Shown: piece by piece, positions 26,960 through 36,088 of the stretch
How the letters are laid out: the number at the start of each line of letters is the position of its first letter
How positions within the stretch are numbered: position 1 is the stretch's first letter
NCBI GenBank assembly: GCA_963674945.2
Contig: CAXXWQ010000004.1
Location: 1,760,001 to 1,824,000 of the forward strand
DNA length: 64,000 nucleotides
Origin: an uncultured Desulfosarcina sp.
Lineage (GTDB): Bacteria; Desulfobacterota; Desulfobacteria; Desulfobacterales; Desulfosarcinaceae
Direction of reading: 5' to 3'
Made by a program: the position numbers and the translations under genes
The notes under the pieces: model-generated
The model's input: only the letters and a program-made list of their open reading frames with translations
Told to the model about the DNA's origin: nothing
Database searches by the model: none

Positions 26960-28436
26960 AGCGCCCCCACATGCCGGCCGCCATCATGGACTCAGCCAAG
27001 ATCTTGGACAGCTTTCCGGTACCGGCCTGGTCCTTGAGCATCTGAGATAAAAGCGCTTCGAGTTCTTCCCAGGAGGTTGCCTGTTCGGCTGCGGCCAGGA
27101 TGTCGGCCGTGATTTTATTGCGATGGGGGATGGCTCCTGGAACTACCGAGTCCACCAGATCCTCGATGGCCTGTTGCTCTTTTGTAAAGCGGCCGGCCTC
27201 GGCAAATTCTTTCTGCGTGGTCGGACTGGAAGAAGACGAGATCTCAAGCGTGGCCTCGCCTTTTTCGGCCAGGGGGATCCCGTAGGTCTCTGTGATGTAG
27301 CTTTCCGGCACGCGCTTGCCCATACCCATGTCGACCAAAAGGATTTTATCCCGCTCGGCAAGCTCCTTGAGATCCTGTTCGTCCTCGGTGCGGATCCACA
27401 ATGACGGGTAGTTGACCACATCGCTAAAATTGAAATCCACGATCCACCGGATCAAGGTGGCGTTCATGGTTTCGCAGAAAAGATCGGCATCCGCCTTGAC
27501 GATGTCCTGGCGAACATCGTCATGCACCTGGCCCAGGGCGTAGGATCCTCCGTCCTCTCCGCTGGTGGTAAGCGTCTGGCCCAACACCGCCTTGCTGATC
27601 TGATAATCCATGTAGTCGCAAAGATTCTCGTAGCTGGCCTTGCCGCCGCGCGTGGCCTCGAGAAGTTCGATCACCATCGTGTCCGGGATCTTGACACCGG
27701 TCTCGGTGTAAATGGCGTCGATGGCGGCAAGCAGTGCCGCCTGCTGTTTGGGATCGGTTCCCGGGGGATATTTGCCCACCGGCGTGGGCATGCCGAACTT
27801 TTCCAAAAACACCAGCCACCACTTGATGCCGTGCTTTTTAAACCATACCGGCCACCACAGCTTTTGTCCCAGGCCCTTGCCGTACGGGTTGTCCGAACTG
27901 CCCCAGGTGAAGATGACGAACTTTCGGTCAGGCAAAAGTTCACCTTCAATCATGTTCTCCGGCGTTAACAGGCGGGGATTGCGGTCATGGTCGAACACGA
28001 AACGACGCGGATGCTTTTCCACCAGTTTGTCCGGCACCCATTTGCCGCCCTTTGAGCGCCACATCACCTCGGCGGGATAATAGCCGTAGAGAACGGCCTG
28101 CATGATCTCCTGGATCGCCCGGGAGAAGTTGCAATCGTCGACAGCGTCCTTGACGAAATCGGCGATCTTTTGGGCCTGGGCGCTGTCGTCGGCCGGCAGC
28201 ACTTCCCATTGGCGGCCGGCCACGGCCAGGTATCGGGTCTGCAGCACGCTTCCCGCATGGGCGTCACGGTCTACCTCGTCGTAGAGTTTGAGGCCCTTGC
28301 CGCCGGCCTCGGTTCGAAGGACCGGGTCCGGGTTCTCCAGCCGATTGATCCATCCGGCAAAGATGTCTATGTCCTTGGCCGTGGTGGCGATCTCGTCGAC
28401 GATAGGTGTACTGTTCGTTTTTTTGGAATCGGTCAT
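26946..28436 (-). CDS. Portal protein (Mu gp29/DUF935)
   Basis: NPYG.GL, FLEKFGMP..VGKY, ISKAVLGQTLT, GSYALGQVH. Confidence 0.92.
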   Translation of the reverse strand: MTDSKKTNSTPIVDEIATTAKDIDIFAGWINRLENPDPVLRTEAGGKGLKLYDEVDRDAHAGSVLQTRYLAVAGRQWEVLPADDSAQAQKIADFVKDAVDDCNFSRAIQEIMQAVLYGYYPAEVMWRSKGGKWVPDKLVEKHPRRFVFDHDRNPRLLTPENMIEGELLPDRKFVIFTWGSSDNPYGKGLGQKLWWPVWFKKHGIKWWLVFLEKFGMPTPVGKYPPGTDPKQQAALLAAIDAIYTETGVKIPDTMVIELLEATRGGKASYENLCDYMDYQISKAVLGQTLTTSGEDGGSYALGQVHDDVRQDIVKADADLFCETMNATLIRWIVDFNFSDVVNYPSLWIRTEDEQDLKELAERDKILLVDMGMGKRVPESYITETYGIPLAEKGEATLEISSSSSPTTQKEFAEAGRFTKEQQAIEDLVDSVVPGAIPHRNKITADILAAAEQATSWEELEALLSQMLKDQAGTGKLSKILAESMMAAGMWGRYAGR

Positions 28437-28449
28437 GAGTAAAACTGCC

Positions 28450-29997
28450 TTATCGGATAAATCTTTCCATACGGGTAAAGTCCCTCTTACAGCCGGTGCT
28501 CTCGAACTCGATGTTGCCCACCATGCCGCTTTGCAATCCGTGGATGGCCATTTCGGAAGCGTCCGGTCCGTCATCGTGTACCGATGGCGTCAGCAGATAG
28601 ACAAACTGCTCCACGAGAACGTTCTGGTCGCTGTGATTCTTTTCGAACCGGAGCTTGCCGTATTCCCACAGATACGCGCAGGTCCCGACGATCCGCCCCT
28701 CTTTGTTGGTGTTGTGCTGAACGGGCCGCCAGGGCAGAAATCGGCCGGCTTTCTTGGCATAGTTGCTGATGGCCTCGTGCAGAAAATCCTTGAGCATGTT
28801 CTCTTCGATGAACACGGATGCGCTCTGGTACTGGTCGTGTTGACTGTAGGCGGCGGCGAACATCTCTCCGATGGAGCGCTTTTTGAGCCAGGCGTGAAGG
28901 CAGAAAAATACCATCTCCAAAGGGTTTAAGCCGAAGGTCACCACGGCCCGAAAGTCGTTGTTCTCTCCGGCTTTTGCCGACGGGTCGATGGCGGTGGCGG
29001 TAATTAAGGGGACATCGACCAGGTGGATACGCTCGAAGTGTTTCTTCTGCTCTTCCGGGAATGGCGAATCCTCCACCGCGACACGGTTCATCATTTCTCG
29101 GTTGAAATCGAACGTGCCCATATCCCGCTTTTTCTTCAGCAATCTTTCCATCGGCCACTGGGCCGGCCATAGCGGCCTGGCATCGTCGGTGTCCGGATCG
29201 AGGATCGCCTGGTACACCTTGGACGGATAAAGGGACTCGCCGGTATCGTCGTCTTTCATGGCGATGAGCTGGGCGATGGCGGATCGCGGGTGAAAGAGGT
29301 TGCCCACCATAAGGGCATTGTAGCCCTTGCCCATCGATCCGATAACGGTTCCCCGTATCCAGCTGATCAGCTTTTTCACGCGATTGGGATTTTCGACGTT
29401 CTCATCGTTTTCCATATCGTCGAAACGGGCATAGTCGGGACGGTGCGGCCCGTTTCGTAAACCGCGCACCTTGTCCTTGCGGCCACGGGCCAGAACCCAT
29501 GCGCCCTTTTTGGTTTTGAAGTCGTCATCCGACCAGTTTTTGGTCGTAAGGTTGCCGAAGTCGTGGCGGATGCGAGGGTTTTCCTCCAGCTCCAGCTTGA
29601 TGGCCACCGTGAACTCCTGGGCCTGGTCATGGGTGTCGGAAATGATCAGGGCGAACTTGGTCAGATCATGGCAGATGACATGCAAAGGATCGCCGAAGGT
29701 AAAGAACGTGGACTTGGCGTGTTCCCTGGGAGCACCGACCAGGCCGAACTGGTCTTCCAGTTCCGTGAAATCCTGCCATTCGTGATGAAAGTCGCCGAAC
29801 GATGACGTGAAATAATGCGGCATGTACGTCCGCATGAAGTACATCTTGTCGCCGAGGGAGCGTGTGACACGGGCCTTTTTCTTTGCCGGCGTATCGTTTG
29901 AAAACGGAGACACGCTTTCCTTGATGAAAGCCCGCAGCTGGGCGACCTGCTTATCGTATTGGCCCTCGCTGATTTTCGGTCGCTTACGCATTGCCAT
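28450..29997 (-). CDS. Terminase large subunit
   Basis: APREHAKST Walker A-like, RPD...FDDME, AIDPS, HDDGPDA. Confidence 0.9.
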   Translation of the reverse strand: MAMRKRPKISEGQYDKQVAQLRAFIKESVSPFSNDTPAKKKARVTRSLGDKMYFMRTYMPHYFTSSFGDFHHEWQDFTELEDQFGLVGAPREHAKSTFFTFGDPLHVICHDLTKFALIISDTHDQAQEFTVAIKLELEENPRIRHDFGNLTTKNWSDDDFKTKKGAWVLARGRKDKVRGLRNGPHRPDYARFDDMENDENVENPNRVKKLISWIRGTVIGSMGKGYNALMVGNLFHPRSAIAQLIAMKDDDTGESLYPSKVYQAILDPDTDDARPLWPAQWPMERLLKKKRDMGTFDFNREMMNRVAVEDSPFPEEQKKHFERIHLVDVPLITATAIDPSAKAGENNDFRAVVTFGLNPLEMVFFCLHAWLKKRSIGEMFAAAYSQHDQYQSASVFIEENMLKDFLHEAISNYAKKAGRFLPWRPVQHNTNKEGRIVGTCAYLWEYGKLRFEKNHSDQNVLVEQFVYLLTPSVHDDGPDASEMAIHGLQSGMVGNIEFESTGCKRDFTRMERFIR

Positions 29998-30475
29998 TGA
30001 TACACTCCAGCTTGAACGCCATCGTCAGGGCGTCGAAATTCGTTGCCAGTACTTTCAATCCTTCCGGGTCGTTCTCCCTGAGCCATCCGGCGATCCATTG
30101 CAGATTTTCGAGAAAAACCTTGGGTCGGTCGAATGAAGGTCCGGTTTCCATTTGCTCCCACCTTTGAACCAGGGTGCCCAACTTGGTGACGGCATCCAGG
30201 CTGACCGCCGTGACCTGCCCGGGGGACGTATTTTCTATTTCTCCAAGCTCCCGGTCGAAAAGGTCTCGCAATCGCTGGGCGTTGTTTCTCTTTTGCTGCC
30301 TGGCACGGTCCCATTCGTCCAGCTCGTCGGACGGCCGTTTGCTGTCCGCCTTCCACTGGCTTAACGTTTGGCGGCTGACGGAAAGGGCCTCCTCGATGGC
30401 GGTCAGGCCGGCGCCTTCGGCGTACATGCGCATGGCCACGTCATACAGCCGGGCCTTGTCTCCCTTGGCGGCCAT
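29984..30475 (-). CDS. DUF1804-like HTH protein (probable terminase small subunit)
   Basis: N-terminal HTH VSRQTLSQWK, WDRAR; directly before terL. Confidence 0.75.
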   Translation of the reverse strand: MAAKGDKARLYDVAMRMYAEGAGLTAIEEALSVSRQTLSQWKADSKRPSDELDEWDRARQQKRNNAQRLRDLFDRELGEIENTSPGQVTAVSLDAVTKLGTLVQRWEQMETGPSFDRPKVFLENLQWIAGWLRENDPEGLKVLATNFDALTMAFKLECINGNA

Positions 30476-30720
30476 CAGGCCAGCTCCTTTTGCAGTCGTG
30501 CGATCTCCGATAGCGCCACTTGGAGTTCTCCCCAGGCTGTCGTCAGTTCGTCCATCTGCTCGGCGATCACGGGTACATCGAGATCATCCACCGGTGTTAA
30601 AAGCGTGTTCAGGCCGGTCCGGATCATCCGGCAATTGCCCTCGATGCGAAGTCTAAGGCGGGCCGCCAGGTCGGTTTTTTCTGAAAGCTTTACTCTCATG
30701 GCGGCGCGTTCAAGATTCAT
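30475..30720 (-). CDS. Hypothetical coiled-coil protein
   Basis: Translationally coupled to both neighbours. Confidence 0.65.
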   Translation of the reverse strand: MNLERAAMRVKLSEKTDLAARLRLRIEGNCRMIRTGLNTLLTPVDDLDVPVIAEQMDELTTAWGELQVALSEIARLQKELA

Positions 30721-31100
30721 TCGCTCGGTCCTTTCTCCCGGACGAGGGGGCAGAAGGTATTATTCTTGATGGCCTCGGTAAGCTGGGTTTGGGCCTGGGT
30801 GTTAAGAGAGACCACCGAGATCAGTTCTGTGTAAAGCCTGTCCTGGCGCTCGCATATGCTGTTGTAGTCTTTGACCAGGTTGACGTTGTTCTCGTACAGG
30901 TGCTTGATCTCGGCCACGTCTTCTTTGTACTGGGTCAAGATGGCATTGACGGCCCGCTCGCGCTCGGCGATCTCCTTGTTTCTCAGCTCGTCTTTTCGTT
31001 GATCGCGCCGGTTATCAAAATGCCAGATGATAAAGATTACTCCGGGCAGGCCCAGCAGGTTGATGATCAAGGTTGCCAATGGCAAAGAGATCGCCTCCAC
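30717..31100 (-). CDS. Membrane-anchored coiled-coil protein (lysis region)
   Basis: N-terminal TM, operon coupling. Confidence 0.65.
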   Translation of the reverse strand: MEAISLPLATLIINLLGLPGVIFIIWHFDNRRDQRKDELRNKEIAERERAVNAILTQYKEDVAEIKHLYENNVNLVKDYNSICERQDRLYTELISVVSLNTQAQTQLTEAIKNNTFCPLVREKGPSE

Positions 31101-31304
31101 TTATCCCTTCCTTTCGAATTGGGTTTGACAAAAGATGCATCGAGTGCAGCCTTGGGCCGAGTTCCTTCTCTGTTCCGGGATCTCGCTTCCGCAATCCTCG
31201 CAAAAGGTTGCGGATATTGCAGGTTTCTGCCGCGACAGGTGGTTGGCCAGGGCGGTCTGCAAAAAGAAGTCGGCCGCACGTCGACCGCGATCCGGGCCGT
31301 CCAT
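31101..31304 (-). CDS. TraR/DksA C4 zinc-finger protein
   Basis: CEDCGSEIPEQRR...GCTRCIFCQ. Confidence 0.88.
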   Translation of the reverse strand: MDGPDRGRRAADFFLQTALANHLSRQKPAISATFCEDCGSEIPEQRRNSAQGCTRCIFCQTQFERKG

Positions 31305-31305
31305 G

Positions 31306-31779
31306 CTATCCCTTGCTGCCGGTGACGAGTCGGACGATCTTTTCCATATTGGCGTTGGCCACCCCTTTTTTTTCTGCGCTGCGGCCGATCACCCAGATGG
31401 AGGTAACACCTCCCCAGGCGGTCCAGAAAGAAGTCGGCAGGGTCAGTTCCGGCATATTGGCCAGGGGCTCGCCGGTGGCTATCAGCACGATCCAGGCGGT
31501 AATGGGAAACACCACATGGACGAGTCCGATGAAGGCCAGGCCGGCGTAAACGATCATGGGCCGGGCGCGTTTGGTAAAGGCGTCCCCCTGGTTCATTTCT
31601 GCGACGATGATGCTGCGCTTGGCATCGATCAGGGCGTCTTCCCGTTTTTGCAAAAGTTCCTGGAGTTGCAGGGTGGCGTTGGCCTTTTCGCCGTCCGACA
31701 TCTTGGCGGGCAAAAATCGTTCGACCACCGATTTGGCCAAATCCGCAACCGATCCGATGCCGGTCAAATCAAGTCCCAT
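31306..31779 (-). CDS. Holin-family protein
   Basis: FTKRARP motif, TM segments, GRSAEKK C-terminus; next to putative lysin. Confidence 0.7.
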   Translation of the reverse strand: MGLDLTGIGSVADLAKSVVERFLPAKMSDGEKANATLQLQELLQKREDALIDAKRSIIVAEMNQGDAFTKRARPMIVYAGLAFIGLVHVVFPITAWIVLIATGEPLANMPELTLPTSFWTAWGGVTSIWVIGRSAEKKGVANANMEKIVRLVTGSKG

Positions 31780-31791
31780 GTTCGATTCCTC

Positions 31792-32199
31792 TTAAAAATG
31801 CTCGTGGATGGTTAACGATGCCGACTCATATGGGCGCAGGGTTTCCATGACCTTTCGAAACGTGTTGCCCGAGTTGAGGACTGCGCGGTGTTCTCCGAGT
31901 TTGCCGAAGTGCTCGGCCAGGAGAATGCAGCCTTCAGTTTCGTCCACCTTATTGCCTGGATGCATCAGCACGTGATCCCTTCCGGGTACGTCGCAAATCT
32001 CGAAGGTATCCCCGTATTTGGGGGAGTCGGTGCGTTTCATCATGTATTGCTGGGCCGGGATGGAAGAGATGTTTTTGGCGTTCTCCAGGTCCGGCGGTTC
32101 CAGGGTGACGCAGACAACGCACTTATTGATCTTGAGCACGCCGAAGGTACCGTAGGAAAAATTCTCTTCGAGGCGGATCAGTTCGATGACAGGGTTCAT
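31792..32199 (-). CDS. DUF5675-like protein, putative endolysin
   Basis: TFGVL, TLEPP, SIPA..Y, VPGR..VLMHPGN...TEGCILL; first gene of late operon. Confidence 0.75.
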   Translation of the reverse strand: MNPVIELIRLEENFSYGTFGVLKINKCVVCVTLEPPDLENAKNISSIPAQQYMMKRTDSPKYGDTFEICDVPGRDHVLMHPGNKVDETEGCILLAEHFGKLGEHRAVLNSGNTFRKVMETLRPYESASLTIHEHF

Positions 32200-32220
32200 T
32201 ATTCCTTGGCTTCTGTGGGT

Positions 32221-32270
32221 ATTACCGGGAAAACCGCCCCTTTCCTTAAAAGGGCGGCTCCCCCGGCAAT
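32221..32270 (-). promoter_or_regulatory. Long hairpin in late-operon leader
   Basis: Minus strand ATTGCCGGG..GCCGCCC / GGGCGGT..CCCGGTAAT with G-U pairs. Confidence 0.5.
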
Positions 32271-32404
32271 CAATGGGAGAAACACACGTTCCGACATGAT
32301 TGGAAATTACCGAAGCCGAAAGAAACAATCCAATGTACTACTTGAAAAAATTAGTTTTATTGGAGAGTTACTATGTGAAGAAAAATGGGGATATGGGAGA
32401 TGAG

Positions 32405-32719
32405 TTAAAATAACTGCAGCTGCCTGTCAATGGTGTCGACACCGGTGCGGCGCCGGCCGCTGGGACCAACGATGGTGCGGATCCATGTCAGTGAAAGGTT
32501 GTGTTTGGTTGCCAGTTCGCGGTGGTTACGGCCGTTGAATTCTGCGCGGATGGCGCGGTCACGCGCACCTCGGCAAATGTCCTTTTTCGTTGGGACGTAG
32601 AGTGGCCCGCCGCCCATTGTTTCTACAAGCTTTAGGGCGGCTTCCATGCCGATGGCGTCCACGACGTCTTGGTATCCGTCCGGAATGTCGTGAGGCTGTA
32701 TATCGTATCCGTCTATCAT
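32405..32719 (-). CDS. Mor/C-family transcription activator
   Basis: GG.PLYVP, RDRAIRAEFNG.N..ELA.KHNLS..WIR.I. Confidence 0.92.
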   Translation of the reverse strand: MIDGYDIQPHDIPDGYQDVVDAIGMEAALKLVETMGGGPLYVPTKKDICRGARDRAIRAEFNGRNHRELATKHNLSLTWIRTIVGPSGRRRTGVDTIDRQLQLF

Positions 32720-32733
32720 TGAGTTTATTTACA

Positions 32734-32952
32734 CTATGCTTTTTGTCGGCGAAGCAAACGAACCTGATATTCATCTATCGTTGCCATACAGCGCCGCACA
32801 GTTTCGTCGGCCAGATCATCTGGGTCATTAAAAAATCCAAAGCTTGTATGGTGCCCGAAACCGTAGATTTCCCCTTCCTGTGCGGATTCCAGTCGTTTTA
32901 CGATGATTTTCCGTAATTCGTACTCTAACGCTATGCGCTGATTTTTATCCAT
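32734..32952 (-). CDS. Hypothetical protein
   Basis: AGGAG RBS, 72 aa. Confidence 0.55.
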   Translation of the reverse strand: MDKNQRIALEYELRKIIVKRLESAQEGEIYGFGHHTSFGFFNDPDDLADETVRRCMATIDEYQVRLLRRQKA

Positions 32953-33162
32953 AGCCCGCACTCCTGGCTAAATTCCAACACAAAAAAGCAAAGCAAATTT
33001 TGTGTTGGAAATTGGTGTTGGAATTTTGTTATGCAATTTCGTCTCATAATTTTGCCCTGACAATTGGTCTTGGGCACCTTCAAAAAAGGTGTTACTTTTG
33101 TGGAGCAAAAGTAACAGTCCCTTTGTTAAAAATTAAAATAGAAAAGCATCAAACTATTGTAA

Positions 33163-33843
33163 TTAAGAAATAAGTCCGACACCGCCAGGATAACCCACGC
33201 CAGGGTGAATGCTAACATCGCTGCCGGCAACAAAACCGCCAATAATAGCATCTCTATCGCCTCTCGTTTTACATCGGCCAACCTTTGGCTTAACACTTTC
33301 CAATGATTTGTAATGATCATCAATCCACGCCTCGATAAGCTTCCTTTGCATAGATGGGATAGCCAGCGTCCGAACTTTCTGCTCTACGGCTCGACACCAC
33401 GCCTGTGACCATAAATTCGCCCGCCGTGTTTTTGTGCTTTTTTTGACGCGTTTTAAAGTCCCCAAATATTCGTCCCTGCCTCTGACGAGTTGTTTCTTGA
33501 GCACATCGAATGCATAGGCGGCAAGTTCTGGCGCAGCATCTATCCCAATGAAATCGATATGGCTCTTATAGCCACGAAACGTGTGCTCCTGAACAAGTAC
33601 GGACTGGACGCCAAAAACAGATTCCATCATCCTGATGAGCATGATGAGATATCCAGGTGGCACCAATGTCCGACTAACAAATTGAGTTTTTCTCTCAACG
33701 GATGACAGTTCAATATCACGCTCGCAGAGCCCATGTTTTTCCATAAGCTGTTGCGCTTTTTCCAGTGCGGCGGCGGCTTCGTTTTCATTGCTGCTTTTCG
33801 ATAAGGAAAGTCATTTTTTTATTTTTTCGATTATTCCATCCAT
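33163..33843 (-). pseudogene. DUF2786-family gene with in-frame TGA at codon 11
   Basis: MDGIIEKIKK*LSLSKSSNENEAAAALEKAQQLMEKHGL; TGA at 33813-33811. Confidence 0.75.
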
Positions 33844-34123
33844 TCATTTCTCCGGTTTCTCAAGGAAGCATTTCCCTGTGTTTGATCTTTCCATTTATGT
33901 CAGAAATGCGTATTTCACCATTCCGGCAATCGACCCAATATCCACGATAGTTGATACGAATATTCTTCGAGTTCAACACGAAAGACGGCGTTATGATAGG
34001 CCTCACATAGACCTCTAAATTTTCGTCGTTTTCCATTTTTTAATTCTCCAATAAAACCAGAAAATCGATAACCAAGCGAGAATCTGTCTTTCTCAAATCC
34101 ACATCCTTAGTTTCCATTGACCG

Positions 34124-34669
34124 TCACGCGGCTTCTCCACAAAATGGACAGGGTTTCCCCTTCTCGATATTGTCCGCCTGAATCCCGCAAGCCCCGCAGA
34201 TCGGCGTTTGATGGTAAATAGATTCGGTGTTGCCTCGATAAGCAACGCCTTGCTCTGACATGATGCGCAGGACTTCTTTGTTTCGGTCGATCTCCCCGGA
34301 AATTCCGTAAGCCACTTTTCTCAGCCAGTTGTGATCTTTCAATGGCAAATCCAATGTTGGATTCTGCAATGCGCGGTCCATTGCCGCCGCCCATGCCATA
34401 GGGTTATTGGGATGGACGGCCCCTCGGTTCCAGGCGATTCCGTTTTTCTCGACCAACGCTTTGAGCGCCTCGGCATGGGTGCGAGTGGTCGACCACGCCA
34501 TCGGCCGGATCCCGGAAAGGGGACGGAACAGCCCAAAGTACGCCAGCACCCGACGGCTTATTTCCGTCGGCAACTCAGAGCAGATATTCAACACCGCCTC
34601 CACATCAACCTCCGCCGCCCATGCGTCCGCACTCGCGCGCATCCGGCATGCAGGACATTTCAAAATCAT
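34124..34669 (-). CDS. Hypothetical phage protein with CxxC motifs
   Basis: MILKCPAC...CGAC...CPFC; conserved in copy 2. Confidence 0.75.
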   Translation of the reverse strand: MILKCPACRMRASADAWAAEVDVEAVLNICSELPTEISRRVLAYFGLFRPLSGIRPMAWSTTRTHAEALKALVEKNGIAWNRGAVHPNNPMAWAAAMDRALQNPTLDLPLKDHNWLRKVAYGISGEIDRNKEVLRIMSEQGVAYRGNTESIYHQTPICGACGIQADNIEKGKPCPFCGEAA

Positions 34670-35172
34670 CTCAAGTGCTCCTCGATATAGCGTGCAATAT
34701 CCGGATCGCCCCAATTTCTATTCATCCACCGGTCTCCAAAATTCTTCTTCATCTGATTTTCGAACATCTTCTTCAGCCCCTCGATAGCCAAATATGCCTC
34801 TTGTGCGGTTTTTACCCGCTTTATCGAATACCGTTTGACCAGCCACCGGGAAAGTCCGTCCTTTACCCGCCAATCGATCAGCCGGGCCAGGGCGCCGATC
34901 TTCTCATGCTGTGCAAGACTGGCCAGCTTCACCATATTCCCTTTTTGCCGTGGGGTTGGTTTCGCTGCCGGCCGTCGTCGCTTCACACGAAATCCTCTTT
35001 TCCGCAGCTCCGCCAGAAATAAATCCGCCTGTGCCGCAGAAATATCGCAGGTGCTCTCGACGCCGAACCGCTCCAGCAACATGTCGGCCTTGATGGACTT
35101 TTCGATCTTCAATTGCCCGCAAGCGATCCCGATCAATTGCCGTTGTCGTTTTGTGCTGGGTATCATCGTCAC
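34666..35172 (-). CDS. GemA/gp16-family protein (DUF1018)
   Basis: LI.IAC.QL, FGVEST.D, L.ELRKRGF, AIEGLKKM. Confidence 0.8.
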   Translation of the reverse strand: MTMIPSTKRQRQLIGIACGQLKIEKSIKADMLLERFGVESTCDISAAQADLFLAELRKRGFRVKRRRPAAKPTPRQKGNMVKLASLAQHEKIGALARLIDWRVKDGLSRWLVKRYSIKRVKTAQEAYLAIEGLKKMFENQMKKNFGDRWMNRNWGDPDIARYIEEHLR

Positions 35173-35876
35173 ACCCCGATCTCGGCCATCAGCTTGCGCA
35201 ATTCGTCCGCCTTGGTCATCATGGCCCGCACCTGGTCCTTGGGAAGCAACACGCTTCCAAACTTTTTGCCCAATCGGCGAAGCTCACCGGCAAACCGTTC
35301 GGGCTCCCTGGTCATCTTTTCCAGCAAGGCGTCCACCACTTCGATATGAACGGATTGGTCACCAGGAAGAGGAGTGCCGGGTGACTCACCGGACATATTT
35401 TCAAATTCAAAGGTGAGCTGCTTCACCATGTCAGCCAGCACTGCCTTTTTCCCTCGGCTGGCCTTGATAAGCCCGGTCATTCCGCGCATCCGAAACGTGT
35501 CGTAAAACTCGTCGGCCTCGGCCTTGGTCGCCCCAATGAAATAACCGTTGTGATAGCCGGCGGATGAAAAAAGAGGGATGTTGGGATGCCTGATCAGTAA
35601 GTGATTATGAAGATGCCGAAGGTCCCGCTTCCATTTTCCCAAAGTGCTCGAGTGTTTTTTGGCTATCTCTTTAACCAGGTCGTCGAACGAATCCTCATCG
35701 ATTCGAATGCCGTCCAATGTGTAATGGAGCAAAGTCGCCAGCGCGTTTGCTGAAATCCGGTTCTCCTTGCCAACGTGATCCACCCATAAAAGGCCCAAAA
35801 AAGTGGATTCGTATGGAGTCAACTTTATGCTATGGATCCCGGTGTCCGGATTGTATCCAAGGTTCTCAAGATTCAT
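35169..35876 (-). CDS. Hypothetical phage early protein
   Basis: 235 aa, near-identical in copy 2. Confidence 0.75.
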   Translation of the reverse strand: MNLENLGYNPDTGIHSIKLTPYESTFLGLLWVDHVGKENRISANALATLLHYTLDGIRIDEDSFDDLVKEIAKKHSSTLGKWKRDLRHLHNHLLIRHPNIPLFSSAGYHNGYFIGATKAEADEFYDTFRMRGMTGLIKASRGKKAVLADMVKQLTFEFENMSGESPGTPLPGDQSVHIEVVDALLEKMTREPERFAGELRRLGKKFGSVLLPKDQVRAMMTKADELRKLMAEIGV

Positions 35877-35885
35877 GGCGATCTC

Positions 35886-36068
35886 CTAAAACGTTGTGCT
35901 ATGGGTAAGACCCATGTCTTCCATCAATTTGCGCATGGCAACCAGGGAGAGGATGGCACACTGTTTCGATTCCCGGCTCTGTTCGTCCACGACGGTAATG
36001 CCCTGGAGGTCCATGAACGCATCATTCAATTTTTCATGCATCTGGTTGACCTTTGTTTGTCTATCCAT
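35886..36068 (-). CDS. Small hypothetical protein
   Basis: GGAGG RBS; identical protein in copy 2. Confidence 0.6.
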   Translation of the reverse strand: MDRQTKVNQMHEKLNDAFMDLQGITVVDEQSRESKQCAILSLVAMRKLMEDMGLTHSTTF

Positions 36069-36088
36069 CAGCCGCCTCCCAATTTTAT

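Noticed and set aside
17837..31815. Numerous plus-strand ORFs over the structural genes
   Set aside because: Antisense shadows of GC-rich coding sequence, without RBS or motifs.
33811..33813. Selenocysteine codon
   Set aside because: Not a redox family and no convincing SECIS hairpin directly downstream; nonsense mutation is simpler.
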